Shown: positions 7,384 through 16,442 of the stretch, piece by piece
Layout of the letters: each line of letters opens with the position of its first letter
Position numbering within the stretch: position 1 is the stretch's first letter
Assembly (NCBI GenBank): GCA_016721725.1
Contig: JADKHN010000001.1
Coordinates: 651,617-715,616 of the forward strand
Direction: 5' to 3'
Length of the DNA: 64,000 nucleotides
Source: Chitinophagaceae bacterium
GTDB taxonomy: Bacteria > Bacteroidota > Bacteroidia > Chitinophagales > Chitinophagaceae
Translations under genes and position numbers: made by a program
The notes under the pieces: model-generated
What the model was told of the DNA's origin: nothing
Seen by the model: only the letters and a program-made list of their open reading frames with translations
Databases searched by the model: none

Positions 7384-7418
7384 AAAAAGAATCCCGCCAT
7401 AATAGCGGGATCTTTTGT
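7384..7418. terminator. Rho-independent-type hairpin (possibly bidirectional)
   Basis: AAAAAGA, then stem ATCCCGC (7391-7397), loop CATAATA and stem GCGGGAT (7405-7411), then CTTTTGT. Confidence 0.6.
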
Positions 7419-7806
7419 CTCCTGTCGTGCCTAACAATAAAAACTTTAAAACTGTAGAGGGAAAAAAGCCTTTAACTGCTAAGTATCTTTGATCGGCGGC
7501 GGTTGCATTTGCCTGCAACGAGTAGGCCAATGTTGGGTTAACTTGATTTTCTTTGGTTTGGGTTGAGGTTACAAAATCTGTTTACTAAAGCGAATGATCA
7601 GCTCTTTTTATTGTGTTAACGACAAGGCTAAAACGCATTTTTTTTATTGTGATGCCATAACGGGTAATTTTACGAGGTAAGTCTACTTGAAAAGACCGGC
7701 AAATGAGTGGCTTATTATGAAAAACCTGAATACCTGCCTGGTTTTTATGATCTCAAGGTCATTTAACTACTCTTAACTAAGACTTCCCCGACCAGTCAAT
7801 ATCATT

Positions 7807-7814
7807 TATATTTG
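7807..7814 (+). promoter_or_regulatory. Bacteroidota-type -7 promoter element (TAnnTTTG)
   Basis: TATATTTG lies 21 nt upstream of the ATG at 7835. It matches the known primary-sigma -7 consensus of Bacteroidetes. Confidence 0.35.
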
Positions 7815-7834
7815 CAGTTGGTAATTTTTTCAAC

Positions 7835-8326
7835 ATGAATAGCAGGATCATACTGGCTTTAATATTGACTTTGGGCCTTTTCCCGGCCAACGGCTCGATC
7901 GGGCAAAAAGCCTTTGAACGCGGGGCGTTCTATGCCGCCATGGCCTCTTCCAAACTGGATGAAGTGGATCAGCAACTGTCTGCCCTGAAAAGTTATTCCG
8001 GTCCCGAAAAAGAGGCCTACGAAGGAGCGCTGCTCATGAAAAAATCGGGACTGATGAACAAGGCAAAGGAAAAACTGAACCTGTTCAAATCCGGCCGTTC
8101 CAAGCTGGAGGCTTCCATTGCCCGCGACAAGAACAATGCGGAATACCGTTTCCTGCGTCTCATCATACAGGAACACGCGCCCAAACTGGTCAATTACCGC
8201 AACGAGATCGATAACGACACGCGGCAGATCAGATCCAATTACAGGTCATTACCGGATGCTGTTCAACTCGCCATCCTGGATTATGCGAAAAAATCAACGG
8301 TGCTGAAAGCCTCCTTTTTCAATTGA
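7835..8326 (+). CDS. Hypothetical secreted protein, translationally coupled to darA
   Basis: 163 aa with signal-like N-terminus MNSRIILALILTLGLFPANG. Its stop lies 5 nt before the darA ATG (the TTG start alternative at 8323 would overlap it). Confidence 0.6.
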   Translation: MNSRIILALILTLGLFPANGSIGQKAFERGAFYAAMASSKLDEVDQQLSALKSYSGPEKEAYEGALLMKKSGLMNKAKEKLNLFKSGRSKLEASIARDKNNAEYRFLRLIIQEHAPKLVNYRNEIDNDTRQIRSNYRSLPDAVQLAILDYAKKSTVLKASFFN

Positions 8327-8331
8327 AGCGA

Positions 8332-9231
8332 ATGAATAAGAAGATACTGGTCATTTATTATTCCCAATCGGGTCAATTGGGTGAGATCCTGGATCGTTTC
8401 ATTGAACCCCTTCAGCGATCGGGACATACCATTGAAAAGGTCTGTGTTCAACCCGTCACCCCGTATCCTTTCCCCTGGAAGGGAAAAAGTTTCTTTGCCG
8501 TGATGCCCGAATCGGTGAGGGAAGTGCCCGCACCCTTACAACCCTTTCAGTTAAAAGAATCCCGTTACGACCTGGTGTTGCTGGGATACCAGGCCTGGTT
8601 CCTTTCCCCCAGCATCCCCGTGAATTCGATCCTGAAGACCGATGCCGTAAAAGCCGTTCTCAAAGACACCCCGGTCATAACCATTACCGGTGCCCGAAAT
8701 ATGTGGATCAGCGCGATGGAAAGGATCAGGTTCATGCTAAAAGAAGCGGGCGCCCGTCACGTGGGCAATATCGCGCTGGTGGACAAACATCATAATTTCA
8801 TCAGCTTCGTCACCATCTTTTACTGGATGTTCAAAGGAAAGAAGGATCGATGGCTGAATCGATTTCCCAAGCCGGGCGTGTCGGATGAGGATATCCTGAA
8901 TACGTCGGTATTTGGCGCGATCGTTGAACCCCATCTCGCTTCGGGCAACTGGGACGGATTGCAGGACGAGCTCCTGGCAAAAAAAGCCGTAGAGGTAAAA
9001 TACAATCTGATGTTCATAGAATCCAAGGCCAAGCGCATTTTCACGATCTGGGCAAGGTTCATTTCCAGGAGAAAAAAAAGAACAGCCTGGCTTGTTGTAT
9101 TCAAATATTATCTTTTAATTGCACTGTTTATAGCAGCTCCCATCATATTAACGGTTGATGCGATCTTTTTCAAACCCTTTTTATCAAAGCGGATCAAAAG
9201 GCAAAAACAGTATTTTTCAGGCGTAAACTAA
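8332..9231 (+). CDS. darA: Dialkylresorcinol-condensing enzyme DarA-like protein
   Basis: About 300 aa with a flavodoxin-like N-terminus KILVIYYSQSGQ and a C-terminal TM segment. It sits immediately upstream of a KAS III-like gene, which is the canonical darAB arrangement in flexirubin clusters. Start placed at the ATG at 8332. Confidence 0.7.
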   Translation: MNKKILVIYYSQSGQLGEILDRFIEPLQRSGHTIEKVCVQPVTPYPFPWKGKSFFAVMPESVREVPAPLQPFQLKESRYDLVLLGYQAWFLSPSIPVNSILKTDAVKAVLKDTPVITITGARNMWISAMERIRFMLKEAGARHVGNIALVDKHHNFISFVTIFYWMFKGKKDRWLNRFPKPGVSDEDILNTSVFGAIVEPHLASGNWDGLQDELLAKKAVEVKYNLMFIESKAKRIFTIWARFISRRKKRTAWLVVFKYYLLIALFIAAPIILTVDAIFFKPFLSKRIKRQKQYFSGVN

Positions 9232-9240
9232 CTTACAAGA

Positions 9241-10389
9241 ATGTCTTTCAACGAAGTCTACATTGTCAATACTTCTTCTTATTTCCCGAACGACCCGGTT
9301 TCGAATGAAGAGATGGAGGAATACCTGGGGTTCATCAACGAAAAACCTTCCAAATCCCGGCGTATCGTATTACGCAATAACGGTATAAAGAACCGATACT
9401 ATGCCCTTACCCGCGACGGGAAAGTGACCCATACCAATGCGCAGATCACCGCGGAGGCCGTGAAAGCGGTCACCGGTAATACGGAATCCGGGCTGAAAGC
9501 CATCGACCTCCTGTCTTGTGGCACTTCCACACCCGACCAGGTGATGCCTGCCCATGGTGTGATGGTACACGGGCTGCTCCCGGAGACCAATGCCATCGAA
9601 GTGGTTTCTCCTGCCGGCGTTTGTTGCGCGGGTATGCACGCCCTGAAATACGCTTACCTGTCGGTCAAGACCGGTGAGGCCCGGAACGCGGTGGCCACCG
9701 GATCCGAGCGGTTCTCCACCCTGCTCACCGCTTCTGTTTTTGAAGACGAGGCACAACAACTCAAGGCGCTTGAAGAAAACCCCTATATCAGTTTTGAAAA
9801 GGAATTCCTGCGCTGGATGTTGTCTGACGGAGCCGCCGCCTTCCTGATGAAGGATAAACCCAATGAGACCGGCATCAGTCTGAGGGTGGAATGGCTTGAA
9901 GGCGTTTCCTATGCGAACACCATGGAAGCCTGCATGTACAGCGCCAGTGAAAAACTTCCGGATGGCAGCCTGAAAAGCTATATGGAATATTCACCCGAGG
10001 AGATCATCCACAAATCCATACTCAGCATCAAACAGGATGTGAAACTGCTCAGCGAGAACATCGTCCCCCTGGGTGGCGTAGGCCTCAAAGCCGCACTGGA
10101 CAAGCATGGTGTAAAATCATCCGAGATCGATTATTTTCTTCCCCATATGTCGAGCGAATTCTTCAAAGACAAGATCTTTCAGCGGCTCATCGAGAATGGC
10201 ACCGGCATCACGTATGATAAATGGTTCGTCAACCTCACCACGGTAGGCAATGTCGGGGCCGCTTCCGTTTACCTCATGGTGGACGAGCTGTTCCACAGCG
10301 GCAAGCTGAAAACGGGTGATAAGATCCTGCTGCTGGTTCCGGAAAGCGCCCGCTTTTCCTATATGTACAGCCTGCTCACGGTATGCTGA
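9241..10389 (+). CDS. darB: KAS III (FabH)-like ketosynthase, DarB-like
   Basis: 382 aa. Thiolase-fold motifs are GVCCAGMHA (Cys), PHMSSEF (His) and GNVGAAS (Asn). It is adjacent to darA. Confidence 0.8.
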   Translation: MSFNEVYIVNTSSYFPNDPVSNEEMEEYLGFINEKPSKSRRIVLRNNGIKNRYYALTRDGKVTHTNAQITAEAVKAVTGNTESGLKAIDLLSCGTSTPDQVMPAHGVMVHGLLPETNAIEVVSPAGVCCAGMHALKYAYLSVKTGEARNAVATGSERFSTLLTASVFEDEAQQLKALEENPYISFEKEFLRWMLSDGAAAFLMKDKPNETGISLRVEWLEGVSYANTMEACMYSASEKLPDGSLKSYMEYSPEEIIHKSILSIKQDVKLLSENIVPLGGVGLKAALDKHGVKSSEIDYFLPHMSSEFFKDKIFQRLIENGTGITYDKWFVNLTTVGNVGAASVYLMVDELFHSGKLKTGDKILLLVPESARFSYMYSLLTVC

Positions 10390-10473
10390 TCCGGCCCCTA
10401 AACTAATCGGCCGGATAACGCATAATGCTTTAATTTCGTTCACACGCTTAAACCGTCCACCAAAGCCTGTTTT

Positions 10474-10881
10474 ATGAAAAAAGAAGATATCCCGCAGGAT
10501 GACGGCGCACTCAACAAACTGACCAAGGAAGTGGTCTATGCCGTCGATCAATCGGGTAAATACACCACGGAACTGAGTACCGGATGGGAGGTGAAGGCCA
10601 ATGCGCTTGACCTGGCCTGGAAGGACATCGGGAACCGGATCGAAAAGGCCCGCCAACAGGTACTGAACCGGGAAGCCAGTCCCCTGCTTTATTTCATGGA
10701 ATTACGTCTGATGGATATCGGGATCGTTTCCGCCTATACCGGCTTCTGGAAATGGACCATCCGCCGGCATATGAAGCCCGGCGTATTTGAGAAACTTCCC
10801 GAGAACAAATTACAGCGCTATGCCGAGGCCTTCAATGTCTCCCTCGAAGAATTAAAATCGATGAACGTTCATGAAGACTGA
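10474..10881 (+). CDS. Hypothetical protein (possible C-terminal HTH-like segment)
   Basis: 135-aa ORF whose 3' end overlaps the next gene by 11 nt, so it is operonic. No clear motif. Confidence 0.55.
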   Translation: MKKEDIPQDDGALNKLTKEVVYAVDQSGKYTTELSTGWEVKANALDLAWKDIGNRIEKARQQVLNREASPLLYFMELRLMDIGIVSAYTGFWKWTIRRHMKPGVFEKLPENKLQRYAEAFNVSLEELKSMNVHED

Positions 10882-11887
10882 ATTTCAACACCTCCAGGCC
10901 GCACATTGTGAGAACGGGGTGACCACCAACCTGCTGCGTGCCGTTGGCGCCCATCAACTCACCGAACCGCTTTCCTTTGGCATTGGTTCCGGCCTTTTTT
11001 TCATCTATATCCCCCTGCTCAAGATCAATAATGGTCCGGCATTCGCTTTCCGGACCATGCCCGGACTGATCTTTAAAAGGACCTGCAAATCACTGGCCAT
11101 CCCGGTGGTCAGGAAAAAATTCAGTTCCAGGGAAGCGGCGGAACAGGCGCTGGAAGACTGTCTTCGTGCGGGTCAGCCGGTCGGATGCCAGGTGGGTGTT
11201 TATTACCTGACCTATTTCCCCAAGGAATACCGCTTTCATTTCAATGCGCATAACCTCATTGTTTATGGAAGAGAAGAAGATCAATATCTCGTCAGTGACC
11301 CGGTCATGGAAAACGTCACCTCCTTAAGCCGTTACGAGCTGGAAAGGGTCCGTTTTGCCAAAGGAGCATTGGCGCCGAGGGGACAGCTTTATTATCCCCG
11401 GGAGAAAAAGATCGTCACGGACGACCAGCTGCGCAGCGCCATCAAAAGCGGCATTAAAAGAAATGTCAGGGACATGCTCTACATACCCGGCAGCATCGCC
11501 GGCGTGAAGGGTATCGCCTATACCGGAAAAAAAATAAAGAAATGGAGGGACAAACTGGGGCCTGAAAAGGCCGGGCTTTACCTGGCCCAATTGGTGCGTA
11601 TGCAGGAAGAGATCGGTACGGGCGGCGGAGGTTTCCGCTATATCTATGGCGCTTTTCTGCAGGAAGCCTATGCCTTTCACCCCATCGATACCCTGCCCGA
11701 AGTGTCTAAAATGATCACCGAGGCCGGCGACCTCTGGCGTGCCGCGGCTGTTCAGGCGGCAGGTATCTATAAAGGCAGGATCGGCAGCCAGGCCGATTTT
11801 GACCAGATGGGTGATTACCTGATCAAGATATCCGGGATCGAAAAAGAGGCTTTTAAAACACTGGCTAAAATCAACTGGAAGGCATGA
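10871..11887 (+). CDS. BtrH N-terminal-domain-like (papain-like Cys) protein
   Basis: 338 aa. N-terminus LQAAHCENGVTTNLLR resembles the BtrH_N catalytic-Cys region. This is recalled family similarity, not computed. Confidence 0.5.
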   Translation: MKTEFQHLQAAHCENGVTTNLLRAVGAHQLTEPLSFGIGSGLFFIYIPLLKINNGPAFAFRTMPGLIFKRTCKSLAIPVVRKKFSSREAAEQALEDCLRAGQPVGCQVGVYYLTYFPKEYRFHFNAHNLIVYGREEDQYLVSDPVMENVTSLSRYELERVRFAKGALAPRGQLYYPREKKIVTDDQLRSAIKSGIKRNVRDMLYIPGSIAGVKGIAYTGKKIKKWRDKLGPEKAGLYLAQLVRMQEEIGTGGGGFRYIYGAFLQEAYAFHPIDTLPEVSKMITEAGDLWRAAAVQAAGIYKGRIGSQADFDQMGDYLIKISGIEKEAFKTLAKINWKA

Positions 11888-12633
11888 GCTTGACCGCTGT
11901 CAGCATAGATAACCTGGGTTTTTCTTACCCCGGCCAGGACAAACCCTGCCTGCGGAACCTCTGCCTGGAGATCGGCGCCGGTGAACGGTTCGGCCTGTTC
12001 GGACCGAACGGTGCCGGTAAAACGACATTAATGAACCTCATGACCGGGCTCTTGAATATCCAGGAAGGCCATATCAAACTCTTTGGCCAGGAAGTGAGCC
12101 GGCACCAATTGTCGATCCGCAAACTATTCGGTTTCATCCCCCAGGAACTTTCCTTTTACCGCGAACTAAGCCCCGTAGAGAACATGGCTTTCTTCGGAGC
12201 CTGGGCCGGTATGGACAAAAAACAGATCCGGGACAAGACGACCGAATTGCTGGAAGTGCTCGGTCTGAGCGAAGTGCGGCATAAGCAGGTTGAAAAATTC
12301 TCCGGCGGTATGAAACGCCGTGTCAACCTGGCCATCGGGGTGATGCACAACCCCCGGATCATTTTCCTGGATGAACCCACGGTTGGCGTTGACGTACATA
12401 CCCGGCATGCCATCATCAATTACCTGAAGGCGCTGAACAGCAACGGCACCACACTGGTCTATACCTCACACCAGCTGAGTGAGGCCGAAGACCTTTGCGA
12501 CCGGATCGCCCTGATCGATGAGGGCCGCATACTGGCGCATGATACGCTGGAGAACCTGCTGGAAAGCCATCGTGAAGAAGGCCTCGAAGGTCTCTTCATT
12601 AATTTAACCGGAAAAAAATTCAGGGACAACTGA
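11884..12633 (+). CDS. ABC transporter ATP-binding protein
   Basis: Walker A GPNGAGKTT, signature FSGGMKRR, Walker B IIFLDEPTVGVD. Confidence 0.9.
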   Translation: MSLTAVSIDNLGFSYPGQDKPCLRNLCLEIGAGERFGLFGPNGAGKTTLMNLMTGLLNIQEGHIKLFGQEVSRHQLSIRKLFGFIPQELSFYRELSPVENMAFFGAWAGMDKKQIRDKTTELLEVLGLSEVRHKQVEKFSGGMKRRVNLAIGVMHNPRIIFLDEPTVGVDVHTRHAIINYLKALNSNGTTLVYTSHQLSEAEDLCDRIALIDEGRILAHDTLENLLESHREEGLEGLFINLTGKKFRDN

Positions 12634-13913
12634 TGCAGAAACTACTGGCCACGATCATCAAGGACATCCGCATCCTTACCCGGGACAAACTCGGCCTCAT
12701 CTTCATGTTCGTGATGCCTATCGTGCTGGCCATTGTGATCACCGCGGTTCAGAACAGCACTTTCGAGATCCTCAATAAAAATAAAGTCCCCCTGCTGCTC
12801 TGCAACAAGGACACCGGCCGTGCCGGCATCGACCTGGTGAAAGCCATCGATAAGGTGGGCATGTTCGAGATCAAGACCATCAGCGCAGATCAGGACCAGG
12901 CGCAGATCTCCGAAAGAATGCATGCCAAAGACGCCGTGGTAGCCATCATCATCCCGGCGGATTACAGCAGTAAAACGGAAGCCCGGTGCAAGAGCATCGC
13001 CTCCAAAGCCCTGAAGAATTTCGGGATGGAAGTGGATACCGTCAGATCCGGCCACGACAGCCTTCAGCCCATCACCTTATTATATCACCCGGTATTGCAG
13101 GAATCCTTCCGGCACTCGATGAACGGCGCATTGAAAAGCGCGCTGCAAATGGTGCAAAGCCGTTTGGTATTGAAGAACCTCTATTATTCACTCAACGAAA
13201 AAGAACTTCCCGATTCCCTGGAGAACCAGATCCTCAACAACCAGGTTGAGATCAACGAGATCCCCGTATCCAGGGATGGCAGCCGGAGTATCCCGAATGC
13301 CACACAACATAATATACCTGCCTGGACCATCTTCGCGATGTTCTTCATCGTGATCTCCCTGGGCGGCAGCGTGGTGAGGGAGAAACTGAGCGGTAGTTTC
13401 GTCCGGTTGAAGACGCTTCCCACCAATTATTTCCTGGCCCTGGTCTCCAAACAGATCACCTACCTCCTCATCACCCTGCTGCAGGTAGCGGTGATCTTTT
13501 CCATCGGCATCTGGTTATTCCCGCATATGGGACTGCCCAAACTGATTTTGCCGGCTGATATTACCGGGGTAATCATTGTTTCCTTAATTTGCGGGTGGTG
13601 TGCGGTCAGTTATGCCATTTGCATCGGCGTATTCGCCCAAACACAGGAACAGTCGAACGGGGTTGGGGCGGTTTCCATTGTTTTGATGGCCGCCATCGGC
13701 GGATTGCTGGTACCCAGCTTCGCCATGCCACAGTCGTTCCAGTTCGTGATGAAGCTCTCTCCTTTGCATTGGTGCCTGGAGGCTTTTTACGGCCTTTTCC
13801 TGGAAGGAGGTAAGCTGAGCGATATCATGTACAATATTTTGCCTTTATTGGGTATCACCGGGTTCTTTCAGCTGATCATGCTGTACGGCTTGAAAAGAAA
13901 GAACCTGATCTGA
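12633..13913 (+). CDS. ABC-2-type transporter permease
   Basis: 426 aa with an N-terminal TM segment, a large loop and five or so C-terminal TM segments. It is start/stop coupled to the ATPase gene. Confidence 0.8.
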   Translation: MQKLLATIIKDIRILTRDKLGLIFMFVMPIVLAIVITAVQNSTFEILNKNKVPLLLCNKDTGRAGIDLVKAIDKVGMFEIKTISADQDQAQISERMHAKDAVVAIIIPADYSSKTEARCKSIASKALKNFGMEVDTVRSGHDSLQPITLLYHPVLQESFRHSMNGALKSALQMVQSRLVLKNLYYSLNEKELPDSLENQILNNQVEINEIPVSRDGSRSIPNATQHNIPAWTIFAMFFIVISLGGSVVREKLSGSFVRLKTLPTNYFLALVSKQITYLLITLLQVAVIFSIGIWLFPHMGLPKLILPADITGVIIVSLICGWCAVSYAICIGVFAQTQEQSNGVGAVSIVLMAAIGGLLVPSFAMPQSFQFVMKLSPLHWCLEAFYGLFLEGGKLSDIMYNILPLLGITGFFQLIMLYGLKRKNLI

Positions 13914-13924
13914 AAAATAAAATT

Positions 13925-14188
13925 ATGGAGACCGAAGAATTAAAACTGCAATTAAAGAAACAGATCATCGAATTCCTCAACCTGATCTCCGTTAAACCCG
14001 AGGACATCAAGGACGATGAGCCCCTGTTCGGGGAAGGGCTGGGGCTTGACTCCATCGACTCCATCGAGCTGATCGTATTGCTCGGCCGGGAATACGGCAT
14101 CGACATCAAAGACCCCAAGGAGGGCCGCAAAGTACTGGTGGACATCAATACCATGGTGGCCTATATCGAACAACACAGAACCAAATAA
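13925..14188 (+). CDS. Acyl carrier protein
   Basis: 87 aa with phosphopantetheine-attachment motif GLGLDSIDSIELI. Confidence 0.9.
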   Translation: METEELKLQLKKQIIEFLNLISVKPEDIKDDEPLFGEGLGLDSIDSIELIVLLGREYGIDIKDPKEGRKVLVDINTMVAYIEQHRTK

Positions 14189-14195
14189 CCTTTCA

Positions 14196-15386
14196 TTGAG
14201 CAGGATCTTTGTCACAGGCATGGGAATCGTCAGCGCCATCGGGCGATCCCTGGTGCAAAACCACCTGTCGCTCCGGGAAGGGAAATGCGGCATCCGCAAC
14301 GAACTCGACCTCTTCCCGTCAAAATATGCCGGTGTATTGCCCTTTGGTACGGTGCCCGTCAGCAATAACGAACTCCGCCAGACGCTCCATGCGCAAGAAC
14401 CCGGCGTTACCCGAACCTCACTGCTTGCCTTACACGCATTCAACGAAGCCATTGCCGACAGCGGATTAAGCCCGGAACAACTAGCAAACACCGATACCGC
14501 CCTGGTTGGCGCAAGCACGGTCAGCGGCATGTGCCTGACCGACGAGTTGTACCACGATGCCAATAAGAAAGAAGCGGGATCCCCCTATCTCTCCTCTTAC
14601 GACAATGCGGCCGTTACCCTCTACCTGCAAAATCGTTTTGGTATGAAGGGAGTCATCAATACCATCAATACCGCCTGCTCTTCTTCGGCCAACTCCATTG
14701 TGTATGGCGCGAACCTCATCCGGCACGGACTGGCCAAACGGGCCATTGTCGGCGGCGCCGACAGCCTGGCCAAATTCACCATCAACGGGTTTAACTCGCT
14801 CCACATACTTTCCCCGGATAAATGCCAGCCCTTCGACGAACAGCGAAAAGGGTTGAACCTCGGTGAAGGCGCCGCCTTCCTGGTATTGGAAAGGGAAGAA
14901 GATACCACCGGAAAAAAAGTGTATGCCGAATTCACCGGTCATGGCAATTCCAATGACGCCTATCATCCTTCCTCTCTGTCTGATGAAGGCGAAGGCCCTT
15001 ACCTGTCCATGAAAGAAGCGCTGGACCGGGCAAGACTGGATCCCGCCCAGATCGGATTCATCAACGCCCATGGCACCGGCACCGAGAACAACGACCTGGT
15101 GGAAAGCGTGGCGATGATCCGCCTGTTCAAGAACCCGCCCGCCTTCGCGTCCACCAAATCCAATACCGGCCATACCCTGGGAGCATCCGGAGCCATTGAG
15201 GCCGTGTACAGCATATTGAACCTGGCCGAACAGGAGATCTATCCCGGTCTGCGTTTTGAACATCCCATCGCGGCGACCGGTTTGATCCCCGTACAGTCGT
15301 ACCAAAAAACGGCATTACAGCACGTGATGTCCAATTCATTCGGCTTTGGAGGAAATTGTTCATCCCTGATCTTTTCAACAATATGA
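14196..15386 (+). CDS. Beta-ketoacyl-ACP synthase (KS, FabF/type II PKS-like)
   Basis: Motifs NTACSSSANS (Cys), NAHGTGT (His) and GHTLGASG (His). TTG start at 14196. Confidence 0.9.
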   Translation: MSRIFVTGMGIVSAIGRSLVQNHLSLREGKCGIRNELDLFPSKYAGVLPFGTVPVSNNELRQTLHAQEPGVTRTSLLALHAFNEAIADSGLSPEQLANTDTALVGASTVSGMCLTDELYHDANKKEAGSPYLSSYDNAAVTLYLQNRFGMKGVINTINTACSSSANSIVYGANLIRHGLAKRAIVGGADSLAKFTINGFNSLHILSPDKCQPFDEQRKGLNLGEGAAFLVLEREEDTTGKKVYAEFTGHGNSNDAYHPSSLSDEGEGPYLSMKEALDRARLDPAQIGFINAHGTGTENNDLVESVAMIRLFKNPPAFASTKSNTGHTLGASGAIEAVYSILNLAEQEIYPGLRFEHPIAATGLIPVQSYQKTALQHVMSNSFGFGGNCSSLIFSTI

Positions 15387-16435
15387 GGCCCCTGTTTTAC
15401 ATACACCAGTCGAGTTGCATTTCCCCGCAATCCAGCTTTGAGCCGGTGGATATCGATCAGCTGTTTGAGCCGGCGGACAATAAACTGATGGCGCGGGAGC
15501 CTTCCTACGACGGGATCCCGCCCGGTATATTACGCAGGATGGGTAAAGCGGTACGAATCGGCGTGGGCGCCGCGCTGCCCATCATCAAAGGGCCTGCGGA
15601 GATCAACGGCATCATCATCGGCACGGCCAACGGCGGCATGGAAGATTGCATCAAATTCCTGAACCAGATCATCCAATATGAAGAAGGCCAGCTGACACCG
15701 GGTAATTTTGTACAAAGCACGCCCAATGGCATAGCGGCCCAGCTCGGACTGATCAGCAAGAACCGGTCGTACAACATCACGCATGTTCACCGGGGACTTT
15801 CCTTTGAGAACGCCGCGATCGACGCGGCCATGCAACTGGCCGATCATCAGGATAACAGTTATCTCCTGGGTGCGGTGGATGAGATCTCGGCCTATAACTA
15901 CAATATAGACTGGCTGGGCGATTGGTTCAAAGACGAGAACACCGGTTCCGGTACGCTTTACAACTCCGGTACCAAGGGCAGTATCGCCGGGGAAGGCGCT
16001 GCCATGTTCCTGGTCAATCGGCAAAAAGAAAACGCGGCCGCCAGTATCATTGCCATAAAAACCCTTCATACCCCTGATTTGAACCTGGTACAACAAAGCC
16101 TTGTAAATTTCTTAGAACAGAACCTGGCTGAAGGAGAAAGGATCGATCTGCTGCTGAGTGGAGAGAATGGAGATGCCCGGATCGACCCGTACTACCATGC
16201 CTGCGAAACCCTGATGGGCGAAGGAACGACCATTGCCCGCTTCAAGCACCTGTGCGGAGAATTCACCACCGCTTCGGCGATCAGTTGCTGGCTGAGCTGC
16301 CATATCCTGCAACAGCAACGCATCCCGGAGCATATGCTGAAACGCAAGGGCAACCCAAATGCCCTGAACCGGATCCTGGTTTACAATAATTACCGGGGAG
16401 AGCAGCACGGCTTCATGTTACTAGGCCGGGCTTGA
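15383..16435 (+). CDS. KS-like protein lacking the catalytic Cys context (chain-length-factor-like)
   Basis: The ATGA overlap with the KS stop supports a start at 15383. Thiolase-fold similarity (SIAGEGAAMFLV) without the CSS and HGTGT motifs. Confidence 0.7.
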   Translation: MRPLFYIHQSSCISPQSSFEPVDIDQLFEPADNKLMAREPSYDGIPPGILRRMGKAVRIGVGAALPIIKGPAEINGIIIGTANGGMEDCIKFLNQIIQYEEGQLTPGNFVQSTPNGIAAQLGLISKNRSYNITHVHRGLSFENAAIDAAMQLADHQDNSYLLGAVDEISAYNYNIDWLGDWFKDENTGSGTLYNSGTKGSIAGEGAAMFLVNRQKENAAASIIAIKTLHTPDLNLVQQSLVNFLEQNLAEGERIDLLLSGENGDARIDPYYHACETLMGEGTTIARFKHLCGEFTTASAISCWLSCHILQQQRIPEHMLKRKGNPNALNRILVYNNYRGEQHGFMLLGRA

Positions 16436-16442
16436 TGACCGA

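Noticed and set aside
7315-7530. 71-aa minus-strand ORF overlapping the GC-rich palindromic element.
   Set aside because: Its sequence (SPEGGGSEDS...) is simply the translated palindrome. It has no start context or motifs.
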